A stretch of 60,274 nucleotides of DNA, filler included, from Nitrospirae bacterium CG2_30_53_67 (lineage in GTDB: Bacteria > CG2-30-53-67), in the NCBI GenBank assembly GCA_001873285.1. It is 4 parts of 4 records of this genome, joined end to end, with 100 filler letters (N's around TTAATTAATTAA, not from the genome) between each part and the next. Parts side by side here need not be neighbours in the genome. Positions count along the whole stretch, not along the records: positions 45,741 to 60,274 come from MNYV01000164.1; 3 more parts are not named here. One strand, given 5' to 3'. The notes beneath the pieces were generated by a model. That model did no database searches, was not told where the DNA came from, and worked only from the letters and a program-made list of their open reading frames with translations. How positions within the stretch are numbered: the stretch's first letter is position 1; each line of letters begins with the position of its first letter. Positions 60,211 through 60,274 of the stretch are shown piece by piece. The translations under genes were made by a program, and so were the position numbers.

Positions 60211-60274
60211 GGGTCTCCGACAAAAATGCCTGTCCTCCGATCCCCCGATCGAGTCGGGGGATGACACCCGGAGC
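60211..60274. mobile_element. MITE family A left end (runs off window)
   Basis: GGGTCTCCGACAAAAATGCCTGTCCTCCGATCCCCCGATC matches 13494 and 52593 starts. Confidence 0.75.

Overview
Bacterial draft-assembly window; gene content is compatible with a Desulfobacterota/Nitrospirota-like organism (inference only). It is NOT contiguous: three 100-nt N-spacers, each with an artificial TTAATTAATTAA linker (15201-15300, 30779-30878, 45641-45740), join four ~15 kb segments, so neighbourhood is meaningful only within a segment. Segment 1: sthA, namZ-like, pckA, a lipoprotein, bioA, a TA pair, and the run dnaK(partial)-dnaJ-rsmE-membrane protein-glpK-glpQ. Segment 2: IS3 end, TA pair, IorAB-like molybdoenzyme with XdhC/MocA, NdvB-like GH17-GT2, purH, tRNA-Arg(CCG), ferritin-like protein, an MBL-grx-Zn-ribbon response regulator-twin lipoprotein run, partial cheR. 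Segment 3: cyclophilin, tRNA-Leu(TAG)-tig-clpP-clpX-engB, MscS/Uup, a 7-haem cytochrome with a prenyltransferase-repeat protein, dppBC-like permeases. Segment 4: CCA-family enzyme, pgpA-cinA-thpR-recA-pilT, DUF1015, DUF4013, MntA/HepT, a lone MORC-type ATPase and decayed TA/ATPase genes. Best leads: a receptor-like 2-TM/coiled-coil protein whose C-terminus resembles a RelE/HigB fold inside a housekeeping operon; at least three families of small structured MITE-like elements (one with a clean 9-bp TSD), often abutting stop codons; the cytochrome/prenyltransferase-fold pair; and the Zn-ribbon receiver next to glutaredoxin. All calls come from reading motifs; no database searches were run.
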